Shown one piece after another: positions 45,268-58,431 of a stretch of 64,000 nucleotides of DNA; the first letter of the stretch is position 1, and every line of letters begins with the position of its first letter. The position numbers and the translations under genes were made by a program. This stretch comes from Paraspadella gotoi (Eukaryota; Animalia; Chaetognatha), in contig CM119264.1 in NCBI GenBank assembly GCA_051294375.1, positions 9,422,764-9,486,763 of the forward strand, read 5' to 3'. The notes below the pieces were generated by a model, which saw only the letters and a list, made by a program, of their open reading frames with translations, made no database searches and was not told the DNA's origin.

Positions 45268-48200
45268 ATGTATAAATATTTTATTTCGTGTTGTTGGCTT
45301 CTATTGGTATTATTCGATCGCACTCAGTCAGGTTCGAAAACACGCATTTATTTTAAACAATGAATTTTGTAATAAAAATAGGCAAAAGTTTACAAAAGAC
45401 GGGAATGGGCTATTAAAAAAGAATTAAAATTAATCTCTTTTCTAAGTTTTATGACGTTTAAAATACTATTTTTAGTACTAAAAAGTTACGAATCGCATAA
45501 TTAATCAAACTTAAATTTTTTAGCCGAAGATTTTGAGCCGCGTTACTCTCTCGGCGTCAACCCTGAAGTAGAGTTAAGGGCGACTGGGCAAGGGGACTTC
45601 GATCCAGTTCACTGTCCGGGTCAACACTATGAGTACATGAGGAAGAGAGACGTCGTCCTTCGCGCCTTCAAATCTAGATGGAACTTCATGGCGGATCGCG
45701 TCGAGGAGTGAGTGACTTGAGCAACAGGCTAAAAACATAACTCCTCTTTCACTAAATTCTAAATCATCTGGTTCTGTGAAAATATAAAAGTGTTCGGGTC
45801 AGTTTTAAACCCAAATTCCATTTTTCAGATGCTTTATGGCTTGTAATCAGGTGATAAACTTTGAATGCAAGACTTTTCTCTTCAAACATCTGACACCCGG
45901 ATCTAAAAATGGCACCTGCTCTCTTTCCGATACCGCCGTTGAAGATTTAGCGTCGGTCAGCATCTGCTTCGGTTCCGAGTGCAAAATTGATCTTTATCAC
46001 AGGTGTCAAAAAATTATTTTAGCGCATTAGTTGTTTAATTTAATCTTAGTTTATATTTGTAATAAACACAAAGTCAAAAATATGATATTGTGGCGAATCC
46101 TAAATTTGCCTCTCGTATTGCTTGATGAAACAGCTCGTCCCATTGGCTTTGACAGCTACGTACTCCTTCACCAATCGTGAGTTCCGGATTCAATCCCCTC
46201 ACGGTCACGCTGGTTAAAGTGTGATGGTGTCGGCATAAACACGCCAGTGTCATGGAGTGGTCACAGCAGGTCCAAAGCCCTGAGTGCCAGCTGTCGAGAG
46301 ATGCCTCACACCCCAGGAATCACACATATCCCCCCGTTGCCATAATATTACCTTTTTTTTTGATACAGAATTACCTATAATTATAATTATCTGTAAAACA
46401 TGTGTAGATTAACCCTCTATTTCCAGAAAACTACACTAACGTCCTCATCCCAAACAGATAAATGATTTTATATTGAAATATTTAACACAAAAAATATATT
46501 AACAAATAAATAAAATCATAAATAATAGTTATTTTTAAATCTAAAAAAAATAAAAATAGTGAAACAAGTAATTTTGAAACTTTTATAAAACAGTTTTATT
46601 TCTTTTCCAAAGTAAAAACTAATTTCCTATAAATGGCCTCTGATCGATCAATTATCTTCCTGAAATACTAAGAAAACATAAAAAATGACACATGAAAAAA
46701 CATGAAAACATTAAATAGTTTATTTTTCTTTTCCAATTATTGTCTCCTGCAAAGTAAAAAAAAATGTGACCAAACTGGTTTATCTATAAATAGCCTTAGA
46801 GCGAAATATTAAGAAAACATAAAACATTGCACATGAAAAAACATGAAAACATAAAACAGTTTCTTTCTTTTCCAATTACTGTCTACTTCGGCAAAGTAAA
46901 AAAAAATGACTAAACTGGTTTCTCTATAAATAGCCTTTGAGCGACAATTATATTCTTGAAATAATAAGAAATGTATGGTAGACTAAAATGGCAAGTAATT
47001 TACCTCCCAACCCAAAGGTCCGGGGTTCGAGCCCGGTGGTCGCCTTACACTTAAGAAGGACCCGACGCATAACCCGCCTGTAACACGGTGTTACAGCCTT
47101 ATCCGGAGCTCTGGGACTGCTTATATTGAACACTTATGTCACTAATTCATAACAATTATTACTGTCTCTTTAAAGGAATATTTTTAAATGCTTTATATAG
47201 AAAGTTCATGACCTCAATCCAACCGTGCTTAATGGTCTGAGATACATCCCTAACACACTAACACTAATCTGATTTGAAAACCTAATCTTATCCCTAACTT
47301 ATCAACTTATTACTATAAATCTGCTCCCCAAACTTTTTGATTAACGTTGTCATATTAAAGATCAAAATTAATTTATCCTCTTTTATTTTCTAAGGATTGG
47401 GTGTGTGCCGAAAAATTGCACTGTACCCCTCTGCCCGGACGTTGGTAAAACGTTTTGCGATGAAGGGGAAATCATAAGTCACTCGACTAAATCGGAAGGA
47501 GAATGTTGCGAATTGGCGGAATGCATTTGCACGCCGGAAACTTGTCCCGAGGTCGACAATAGAAAACCAGTCGGATCAGGTAGGGAAAGATAAAACAAAT
47601 AGAGAGAATGTACATTCATATCCATCTTCATTTTTAAAACCTTAAAGGCTTAAATAGATGCCAAACCATGCATGAATTCTTGCTCTATTGGTATGAGTTG
47701 ATATAAAAATAAATGAATTCCTAGATTTAACTTCATCTGGAATTGTAGAAAATGTTAATCGGATTAACGTGTCAAAACAAATATCCAGACCAAAAAACCA
47801 GACAATCTTCCGTCGCCAGGAATCCTTTCCGCGACGTTCGAATCGCACCTCTGCTGCCCCAAGTGGAGAATCGTCTGCAACGGAACTGCTTGTCCCACTG
47901 AAGACGATCTTTCCGCCCAGTGCGGCGCTGCTGGGCAAGTCGCTGTCAAGATCGACGGTCCGTGCTGCAAAGAAGTTGAGTGTGGTGAGTCCGATTTCAG
48001 AAGGGTAAGTTTGTTCATAATTAGAGACCATTTTTTTACAACAATTAAATATATTTTTTTTAACATGTAATTTTATTATAGGAATAGGAATAGCAAATTA
48101 AATTGGAACTCTTATTTAATCTCCTACAAAATCCACTTCTCTGTGATGTTAAGACTCTTCAATTAGTTTTACAAAATTATATGTCATCCATGATCGATTG

Positions 48201-48906
48201 ATAATCTCTCGTCCAGTTTGCGAGGCGTCGAAATGTCCACCTCTTCAAAACTGCGAAGATGGAGAAGAGTCTATGACGATAAAGAACGGGTGTTGCGAAT
48301 ATAATCTGTGCGGAGATGTGCAGCCGCTTTTTGGTAAACCTTATAATGATAAAGCCTGGGAAGTTCGATCAGTAATCTCACACAAAGAATGTTTTAAAAA
48401 AACCTCAGTAATTTGAAATTATCAATATGATTAATTATTATTTAATTGGACGTCACTATCAGAAACTTTTGTCATGTTTATTTCATCAATTACTATTAAA
48501 TGATGTCGCTAGAATAACTCAATTTTTTATTCAGGCAACGGGAGCCGCATCTATCCACTTTGCGGCGAAGGAGGAAAGTACGGAGAGATTGATCCCGTCT
48601 GGTGCGAGGTACGAGCGCATCTTTTCACGCAAAATAATTTAAACGCCTCACGCCCCATATATATCAAGATTTTATTTTGACGAACTCATCCAATTTCTCT
48701 TTTCACCAGGCTTTGACGCGGGTCGACTACTCGGAAATGATCGCCCATCGATTGTTCATCGTGTCCACGACTTTTCTCGTAATCCTCCTTGTCGCCGCCG
48801 TCTGCTCGGTGGCGCTGATGCTGGTCACTCTCAAAAAAGTCGGAAAAAACAAACTGGAGTAAAGGTTGAGTCGAAGGCTGCTACATCTACCGAATTGCAA
48901 CAATAA
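45268..48906 (+). CDS. Type-I membrane protein: signal peptide, PAN/apple domain, VWC/mucin-like Cys-rich repeats, TM helix
   Basis: Exon 1 MYKYFISCCWLLLVLFDRTQS (45268-45331). PAN-like VEECFMACNQVINFECKTFLFKHLTPGSKNGTCSLSD...DLYHR. Repeats CPDVGKTFCDEGE...ECCELAECICTPETCP, CCPKWRIVCNGTACP...GPCCKEVEC and CEASKCPPLQNCEDGE..GCCEYNLC. TM LFIVSTTFLVILLVAAVCSVALMLVTL followed by KK. GT-AG junctions; one or two homopolymer frameshifts. As assembled it stops at 48862; the duplicate copy supports a stop at 48906. Confidence 0.78.
46130..46361 (+). mobile_element. Possible SINE-like insertion in an intron (duplicate near 38920-39140)
   Basis: GC-richer island with B-box-like ggattcaatccc and a terminal T-run. 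Confidence 0.3.
46977..47130 (+). mobile_element. tRNA-derived SINE (duplicate near 39732-39880)
   Basis: tRNA-like head ggtagactaaaatggcaag...aaaggtccggggttcgagcccggtggtcgcc with B-box GGTTCGAGCCC; the cloverleaf is degenerate, so not called a tRNA. Confidence 0.55.
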
Positions 48907-49241
48907 ACAATGAAGTTCCGTGAATTAGAAACGCTGTCTTTTGTTCAGTTTTATAAGTTTTCTGCCAAGAAAAACTAAAGTCGTTGTAAAAGTACAACGA
49001 GGACACAAAAATTTGATAGATATATTTAAATTTGGATCAATAAATAATTTTTATAAAAATACAACTCGCTTTTTGAGACAATATTTTCGATACTAGTAAT
49101 TTGACGCTTTAATAATTCAAATTAGAAAAGACAAATTCATAATTTTGATTGACAGCGATGTCCTCATATTAATAATTCAGCCTGCTTCTTTGCAAAGATA
49201 TCAGAATTGATATCAGCAATCCCCTCTGCATGTTAGCGTCC

Positions 49242-51229
49242 TCAAAAGCTCAACTTGATCTCGGGCAGCACAGAGTCGATGAGTCTCCTAAGTCGTTCCT
49301 CGACGACCCAAATGATGACCGATTTGAAGGTATTGGAGACGAAGTTGACGAACGAGTTGAGGATCCAGTCGAGAGGCCCCAACCCGTCCACCTCCACCGA
49401 GATGTCGTGCAGGTTCTCGATCTCGAAGATGTTCAGCCTCGGAGGCTGTGGAGGGTCGATGCTCTGCCAAACAACCACCTGATAGACGAAAGGGACAGGA
49501 AGAGATAGATAGAAAGAATGACAGTTATGAGTTATGACATAATTTCCCGATTGGCGCTCATCCAACCTTCACTCCAAAAAATCGCAATTTGACGTGAATG
49601 TCCACCGACGGACCAATGTTCATGAACTTGATGTGGCCTTTATAATGGCCTAGTAGGTTGGAAAGTCCCAGGTGGGCGGTAATGCTGAAAAAAAAAGACG
49701 GCCTGTCAGGATTTAAATCCCAGCTGCTGTTGTTTCAATTTGAAAGTTGCTAATTTAATTTAAGACTAACATTAAAAATCAAATTTTAATATTGTCGAGT
49801 TGTACTTGGTCGTGTTTTTCACTAAGACAAGGCTCACTCAAACTGCGACCGCTCGCCTGAGAGAATCCGTGAAAATAGATTTGTAAAGGACTGCGTCGCC
49901 TGTTCTGTGAAGAGTCGACAATCCCGCCAGCCAACCGTCGAAAATCTTCGCCTCTCCTTCGATCGTTAAATGTTGAATATTTCAAATGAGGAAAAAAATG
50001 TATTTGCATGAGTAAATTTCTTTTCGTTAAGGTCATTAAGGTCAGTTAAGTCAGTAAGTAAGTAAGTAAGTCAGTAAGTTGATTCTCGGTGGTGATTCAT
50101 CCAATCAGAGAGTCCTTGGTTGATTTCATCCGAGTCGCCGATCCGGTCTGGTTCTGATTTGATTCCGATACGATTCCGATATTGCTCTTTGATTCCGATT
50201 TCCTCTTTGATGAGGTTTATGAGATATTAGAAATTCAATTGTGGGATTGCCAGTGTTTCCCGGAGCATCTCTTCAACTGGCTTACGGACCGCCCTCGGTC
50301 TCTTGCATGTTCGAACCGGTACCGTAACGTTTTACTGGAGTAATAGGAGATAACCGGGCATCGAACCGGGGACGCAGGGCTACGGTTGAAGAGAGGCGAC
50401 CTAAACACTGTCTAGCCATTGAGATAAAAACATTTAAACCTCCAGACAATTTATTGTTATAAAAGACCTGAGACGTTCACCAACAAGAACTTTCTTCCTA
50501 GAATCCCCACGTGGCTTCCTGAGGGGCGAGTCATACGGTAAAGAGGTTCGAGCTTCTCCTGAATTGTTTCGGTTCAGCGTTTGGCCAGGAGGTTCGGTTC
50601 CACCGGAAAGAAATTGGCGTCCGTTGTTTCGTGAAGGCCCAAAGGGGACTCCTCGTTCCTTCGCATGATGAGACGAAGGTATGAGAGGCTGAGACTTGGT
50701 TTTGTTTTGACTGTTTCACTGTTTTCTCATTACAAATGCGTTCAAATAGATTAGTCTTATTTATTTATTTCTTTAATCATTTTAATTTCTGAATTCTTTA
50801 CTTTTTTATTTTTGTATTTATAATTTATTTATTTAATAATTTATTGATATTAATTTTAATTTATTGATTTATTAATTTAATTAATTTATTAATTTATTAA
50901 TTTATTAATTTATTAATTTTAATTTATATTATTGATTATTAGTTTAATTAATTGATTGGCGGCCTTGACTTAAATATTCTTCTGATTATTTAATTTATTT
51001 TTATTAATAAAAAAAAACAAACGAACAACGTCAATTCGTAAACTTGCCTCCCATTTATTTGGTTCCGCTTTGTTTCCTCACGATTTTTTGTTTTATTTTG
51101 AAGCCTCACAACGGAAAAGTTCCTTTGATCCACGTCAGAAGCGCTCGGTATACGAGAAACATCGGCAAAACGACAAAAGACAATGAAAATTAAACAAAAA
51201 AACAGTGTCGCATTTATAGTAACTGCCAT
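49242..51229 (-). CDS. Der p 7/Grp7-allergen-like secreted lipid-binding protein (TULIP/BPI-like fold)
   Basis: Signal-like exon MAVTINATLFFCLIFIVFCRFA (from 51229). Noisy exon at about 50470-50690. Then IEGEAKIFDGWLAGLSTLHRTGDAVLYK...SL (to 49857), SITAHLGLSNLLGHYKGHIKFMNIGPSVDIHV (49684-49567) and VVVWQ...ISVEVDGLGPLDWILNSFVNFVSNTFKSVIIWVVEERLRRLIDSVL..F* (stop 49242). GLS-x-L-x-RTGD and V-x-GLG-x-L are, as I recall, characteristic of this family. Confidence 0.75.
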
Positions 51230-52098
51230 TGTTCCGTTTCAGGCCGAAAGAAGACACCTACAAGCTTTTGCTAAGCGTATCTTTTTAGCACCTTCTAGAC
51301 TTACATGCTAGGCCTCCTATACGATCACTTGAAGTCTACCATATCTATCCCATCTACGGAGTGCTCTATAATCTCCGATATCAGCATTTACGCGCTATGT
51401 CCATTTCGTGTCTCCCTGACTTTAACGAATTTTTCTAAAACGCACGTAAACTCTCTCTCTCTCTCTTTCTCTCCTCTCTCGCTCTCTCTCCTCTCTCTTC
51501 TCTCTCTCTCTTCTCTCTCTTCTCTCTCTCTCGCTCTTTCATCCACTCTCACTCCCCTCATAATCTCACATCCTCCCACGCCCGAGCCGGTTTAGTTTCT
51601 TTCTTTTCGTTTCGCAGCTCTTCCCTTCATCCGGTCCGTTTCGTCACTGGCTCTTTCTCTTCCTCCTCCAATACACTTACTTTGTTATCTTCCTCATCCA
51701 CTCGAGAACGCCTCCTCCGGTTGCCTAGGCTACTCGCCAGTTATGGTGTCGAGAACGTGTCAACGCACGCGCCTTCACGCGCTCATATCGCGCATGCACT
51801 CCGCGTGCGAAGGTGATATCCTGACGATGCATAAATTATTGACGAAAATCCCTTAAAAAAGCGGAAACTATTCTGGAAATCGGCCATGAATTTAATCCGG
51901 TGAGTGAACAAAAAACAAATATAATTTACGAATTATTAGGAATAATATTTGCTCGCCAATAAATAAGCGTTTTGAAGAGTAAACATTCGGTGCGGAAGAG
52001 ATACTGGAAAACTTTTTTCCGATGATGAAAAACGGGCATTTAACTTTGATGTTGTGATTTTTTTTAGAAATGTAGGTCAGTGAAAATACCTTTTCTTT

Positions 52099-52194
<96 letters not shown>

Positions 52195-53469
52195 TTCATT
52201 TTTTTTTCTTTCTTTGTATCTTTCTTTCTTACTTTCTTTCTTTCATGTTTTCATATTTTCAAAACAGTAACTTTTATCATTTTCATCAGGTTTTCTAAAC
52301 GAATCCTACTATTTCCGATTTATCGACTCAAAAAGCGTGACATACTTGACATACATGATGTTTAGTGATGACTCGTTCACGTCGCCAATGATCACGAACA
52401 TCCACAACGCAATCACCATTCATTTCCCTCTTGAACAATTCACACGATCGCTTCGACATCTTTTTCTCGAGCTTCGACACTTTCACCCCGCTAACCAATT
52501 CACTGGTCACCCCGATTCGCAACCCACATCCGCCGTCGATTTCAGTCACGAGTAAACGACCCCATTCAAGTTGGTTCGATCGATGACCCGCCTCCCCCTC
52601 ATCTCCTCACTCTGCCCCCCTTTCCCCCAACCTCTTCATCCTTCTTCATCCTCATTGGCTGATCAGACTCTTCGTTTCACATCTCAACTAAAAAAAATAA
52701 AAAAACAAAGTATGAAAAAAAAAAAATAAGAAAGTATTTTTTTTAAAAAATGGACGAAAATCCTTGAAAAACGCGTTTTTCCTTCGAAGTCCATCACGCG
52801 ATCTGTTTTACAATTCGAAAAAAAAAAATTTACAATTTCAAAAAGGTGAAGATAAAGTCGTTGAGATAAAATATATACCTAACTCGTAGGATTGGACGGT
52901 TAATGTAAACGTTTAGTTGATGGATCATTTCGTTCGTAACCTTCGTTGGTTTTTTTTTTTTTTTTAATTTTTCACAATGTGTTTTTTTTTCTCAAAATAT
53001 CTTCTTGGCGCCTTTCAAGTGAAGAAGAGGATGGCCCTCACGATGTATACGTTGCGAGATGCATTGATTCGAAAATAAGCTTCCATTAAAAAAAAAAAAA
53101 TTGAAAATCGCACATATAAAACATTCGAAGTCCGCCTCGCGGAACAAAAAACTTTAAAAAAAAGATAAACAAAAGGGGATCGGGGCGAATCTCTCCCTGA
53201 GAGAAAATCCAGAATCTCGAGCCAATGTTTTCCCCTTTTGCTACTCCTTACCTTGTTTCATTCCGGGGCCTCTCTTCCCAGATCAAGGTAAGGTGTAGTG
53301 AAGAAAGAGATAGAGAGCAAAAATAAGAATTTTAATTTTCTCGCCGGGCGAGCGACTTCAGACGAAAAAATTGGGTGGGATTTTTTCGGTTAACTCGTGA
53401 CGGCGACTTCAATGACACTTTTTGTTTTCTGGGTCGACTGTCTCCATTCTTGCACGTTTGTTTTGGCTT

Positions 53470-53504
<35 letters not shown>

Positions 53505-54306
53505 CTCTCTCTCTCTGTGTCTAAAGTCGTTTAATTTAGACCTTTTTGCTTGAAAGTTCTTTTTTCAAATTCAAAAGATAAATTTCATATTGATATTTTT
53601 AAATAAAATAGCTCCATTGGTTTTATTTTAATGTCAAGCAAAAAAAAGTTTTGAACGCATTCATTGTTGTAAAATATGCAAAGAAACAGTCGAGTGTCCA
53701 AACGGATTTTTTTTCTTTATTTCATTTTTATCCTAAATATAAAAAAAAAATGGAATTCTTCACAAGATTTTCGTTTCTCCCACCGACTTACGAAAGTCCT
53801 CCTCTCACCCACAAAACGGATCCGAAAAAAAAAAATTTAAACTTTTCTCCTTTCTTCCCTCGACCCCTTGTCCACCCCTTGTCCACCCCCTTGTCCACCC
53901 CCTTGTCCACCCGATCGCCCACCTTCTCGTCTTTCCAGATCCACCGACTACTCAAGAGATCGCGCCGAGGTTTTCCATTCCCTCTCGACACTAACATCCG
54001 CGTTTTCGCATCTCGCTCGTATCTAATTTCGGGAGAAAAAAAAAATCGACGGTGATTTGCCAAATTTCGTGATTAATTAACTACGAAATTTCTTAGAGAA
54101 AAAAAAACGGTAATCGCCGGTTTATTACTTCATTTTACCGCAAGAGGACGACTAAATGAAAACGAAAAAAAATGAGCGAAGAAAATATCGAACGAAGCAT
54201 TTCTTCGCATTTTAATTCTCGACGACATAAAATAAAAATGGAATTAAAATACTTTTTATGAAAATTTAAAAAAAAAAAAAANNNNNNNNNNNNNNNNNNN
54301 NNNNNN

Positions 54307-57300
54307 AAAAGAAATGTGTCGGTTTCTACATTTTTGGTTGACGATCGTCAATCCCTTCAATGTGAACCTCGCCAAAGCATGTCGACCGACACTGGAATTC
54401 CGCGCGGGACAGGTTCGAAACTGGGTTTATATTTCGTGCGTTTCGTTCTTGACCGTTTTGGTAATTCACGTAATATGTAATAGATTTAATTTTCAAATAG
54501 TTTATTTACCGTTTAACGCGTCCCAGGTCGCAACGAAGTGGTTTCGGAGCAGTACGCCTCGCCCTCCATAGGAGAGGAAGGTAAGTTCTTTCTTGTCAAT
54601 CTAACCTACTAACTTCCCTTTATTTAATTAAATAAATCCTGTAAATTCATCCAAGAATCGTCCTCGCGCAATCCCTCTCCGCCGCCCCTCCTTCCCTGCG
54701 CCGATCCTGCCGACGTCGTCGACGCTGCCGACGCAGATGCCGACGCGTATCACGACGTTTTATCGCTGAATAGAAAGAGATTCGAATCTCTTCACCCGGA
54801 ATGGAGCGAGGAGGAGGCGAGGCTATTCGAGGAGGAAGCGAGGAAAACAGGAAAAAGGCGAGGAAGGAGAAGATGAAGGGGAAGGCGTAGTTGAGGAGAC
54901 CCAGCATAAAGACGACGAGAGCCAAGGTAGATTGGGAATACTTTTCGAGCGATGACCAAAAAAAAAAAAAAAAAAAAAAAAACAGAAAACAAAAAATAAC
55001 TAACACAATATAACATTTAAAACGAAACGATTTGTTTCCTTTGCTTCATCCAGACGACGTCTTCATCCTGGGATCCAGAGATTCCCTCGTTTTCGAATCC
55101 TGCGCCTCGAATCTCAATCGCCTCGTCGACGACGACGACGACGACAGCGACGAAGATGTTGACGATGACGTTTTGAGGTGACGACGAAAGTTAACTCTTC
55201 GTTCTTGAAGCTTAATTAAAAAGTCAAGGACATGATTTCTTAATTATTAATAATAATGAATAATAATTATATTGGTTGAGTCATTTTCAAATAAATAAAA
55301 GACGAAAATGGTAACAACTTTCCTTTTTAAATGCCAAACGCTGAAAAAGCTCTCTTCTTATATTGTTAAATTCGTGAGTCAGTGTTTTATGATGTATTAC
55401 TGTTTTATGATACCTTGTTACTAGTTCTCATAAAATCCCACAACCTTCACCAACAGCTCCTCCGATTCTGCCTTCGATGCCAGCGACTCCGCCTCCTGCA
55501 AGTCCTCGAAGAAGTCGTCGCCAACCTTGGCGTCCGGAGGACCTACTGGAGAATCCCCGCTGTGCACTTCACTTGGAGGATCTCCACGAAGCATTCCAGG
55601 GAGAAAAAGATGAGGAGGAGAGAACAAGGAGACATCAAAGTGGCGGATGACCATCTCCGAAGTGGTTTCGGAGCAGTACGCCTCGCCCTCCATAGGAGAG
55701 GAAGGTAAGTTCTTTCTTGTCAATCTAACCTACTAACTTCCCTTTATTTAATTAAATAAATCCTGTAAATTTCATCCAAGAATCGTCCTCGCGCAATCNN
55801 NNNNNNNNCAAAGCATGTCGACCGAACACTGGAATTCCGCGCGGGACAGGTTCGAAACTGGGTTTATATTCGTGCGTTTCGTTTCTTGACCGTTTTGGTA
55901 ATTCACGTAATATGTAATAGATTTAATTTTCAAATAGTTTATTTACCGTTTAACGCGTCCCAGGTCGCAACGAAGTGGTTTCGGAGCAGTACGCCTCGCC
56001 CTCCATAGGAGATGAAGGTAAGTTCTTTCTTGTCAATCTAACCTACTAACTTACCTTGAGCCAAAAAATATATTTAAAAAAATCCTCTGCATTTCATCCA
56101 AGATTCGTCCTCGCGCAATCCCTCTCCGCCGCCCCTCCTTCCCTGCGCCGATCCTGCCGACGTCGTCGACGCTGCCGACGCAGATGCCGACGCGTATCAC
56201 GACGTTTTATCGCTGAATAGAAAGAGATTCGAATCTCTTCACCCGGAATGGAGCGAGGAGGAGGCGAGGCTATTCGAGGAGGAAGCGAGGAAAGAGGAAG
56301 AAGGCGAGGAAGGAGAAGATGAAGGGGAAGGCGTAGTTGAGGAAACCCAGCATAAAGACGACGAGAGCCAAGGTAGATTGGGGAATACTTTTCGAGCGAT
56401 GACCAAAACAAAAAAAACAAAAAAAAACGAGAAAACAAAAAATAACTAACACAATATAACATTTAAAACGAAACGATTTGTTTCCTTTGCTTCATCCAGA
56501 CGACGTCTTCATCCTGGGATCCAGAGATTCCCTCGTTTTCGAATCCTGCGCCTCGAATCTCAATCGCCTCGTCGACGACGACGACGACGACAGCGACGAA
56601 GATGTTGACGATGACGTTTTGAGGTGACGACGAAAGTTAACTCTTCGTTCTTGAAGCTTAATTAAAAAGTCAAGGACATGATTTCTTAATTATTAATAAT
56701 AATGAATAATAATTATATTGGTTGAGTCATTTTCAAATAAATAAAAGACGAAAATGGTAACAACTTTCCTTTTTTAAATGCCAAACGCTGAAAAGCTCTC
56801 TTCTTATATTGTTAAATTCGTGAGTCAGTGTTTTATGATGTATTACTGTTTTATGATACCTTGTTACTAGTTCTCATAAAATCCCACAACCTTCACCAAC
56901 AGCTCCTCCGATTCTGCCTTCGATGCCAGCGACTCCGCCTCCTGCAAGTCCTCGAAGAAGTCGGTCGCCAACCTTGGCGTCCGGAGGACCTACTGGAGAA
57001 TCCCCGCTGTGCACTTCACTTGGAGGATCTCCACGAAGCATTCCAGGGAGAAAAAGATGAGGAGGAGAGAACAAGGAGACATCAAAGTGGCGGGTGAGTG
57101 ACCGGAGTTATTATTGTGACTAAATCATTTTTTAAGTGACGCCTGAATTTATCCGCTTCTAATTTAGTGAATGTGAACGTGAAGCCGACGTCGGGTTGTG
57201 AGGGCAGCGGATGTCGTCCAACTTCAAGGAAAGAAAAGGAGGAATTGGAAAACAGCGAAACTACAAACCTACATCGAAATGAACAGGTTTAAAAGTCTGG

Positions 57301-58366
57301 AAAAGAATACGCAATGAAAAACAAAGCCCTGGTAAGGTTTGAGACGTCAATCTCCTTTTCAGGACATTTCCTGGAAAAACATCGACAACTGCCGCGTACT
57401 CTGTTTTCCAAAAACTAACAAAAAACTTTTCCCGCGAAAATTTGGGAGGAAAACGAGGAGAAAAAATAAAGAAAACAAAAGACAAAGAAAAAGAATGGAG
57501 GAAAAGAGTGAAGAGGAGATCGAGGAAATCTTGGACAACAGGGACGATGTGATATCCGAATTACCGGCTGAACTCAGGGTAACGAAGGATACAAAATTTC
57601 TAACATTATCACAAAGATGGAAATAATTAATCGAAACCAAAAAAAATTGTATCTCTTTGATTATATCTGTCTCTCTTCTCAAGGATCGAATTCCGTGGCT
57701 GCAGCAGCCCGCCTTCCTCGGCATCCAGCTCGTCGATTGGATGGCCTCCGCCCTCGACGTCTCCCAAGCGACCAATCAAAAATCCGGATTCGCCGGAAGC
57801 GGAGAATTGCGACGTCGACTGGTGACGCGCGTCTGCACGCTGATGCTGGCGGTGGGGGCGTTGCAATCGGCGGAGGAAAGCGGCGGGGAGGAAAGAGAGG
57901 CGTTTAAGGTGGACTTTAGGATTTTCTTCAACAAAATATTTCTTTACGAATGTTTTTATCGCCTATTGACTATTGATCTTTCAGGCGGAATCCATGTACA
58001 CCTGGAACTTACCCTCTCCGCCGAAAGTCGTTCAAAATTCTGACGGGTCTTTCACGCAGCATCAGAAACCGGACGAGAGCGATTTGCGGCAATCTGGTGA
58101 GAACAAGCGGTTTACTACAAAGAGAAAAAAGTGTTTAAAATCGCCCAATAGGACAATTCACTAATGAAGACATTTTGATTTTGTTAATGCTTCTAAATAT
58201 TTATGAAACTCATTTTTTAAAATTATTAGATATTTTTTATGTTGATCGAGGTCTCTGCAAAATTTGCTTGAACAACGAGGTTATTCAAAAGATTAAAGAA
58301 GATCATCAAAGTACTTTGGAAAACATCAAGGAAAATCACCTCAGGACATTGCGAGAAATTAAGGTA

Positions 58367-58431
<65 letters not shown>

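Noticed and set aside
46977-47045. tRNA gene
   Set aside because: B-box is present but D and anticodon arms do not fold convincingly, and unrelated body sequence follows; treated as a SINE head.
53863-53912. Four copies of ccccttgtccac as a regulatory array
   Set aside because: Short minisatellite with no supporting context.
55421-57074. Minus-strand ORFs opposite formin exons
   Set aside because: Antisense shadows of GC-rich coding exons.
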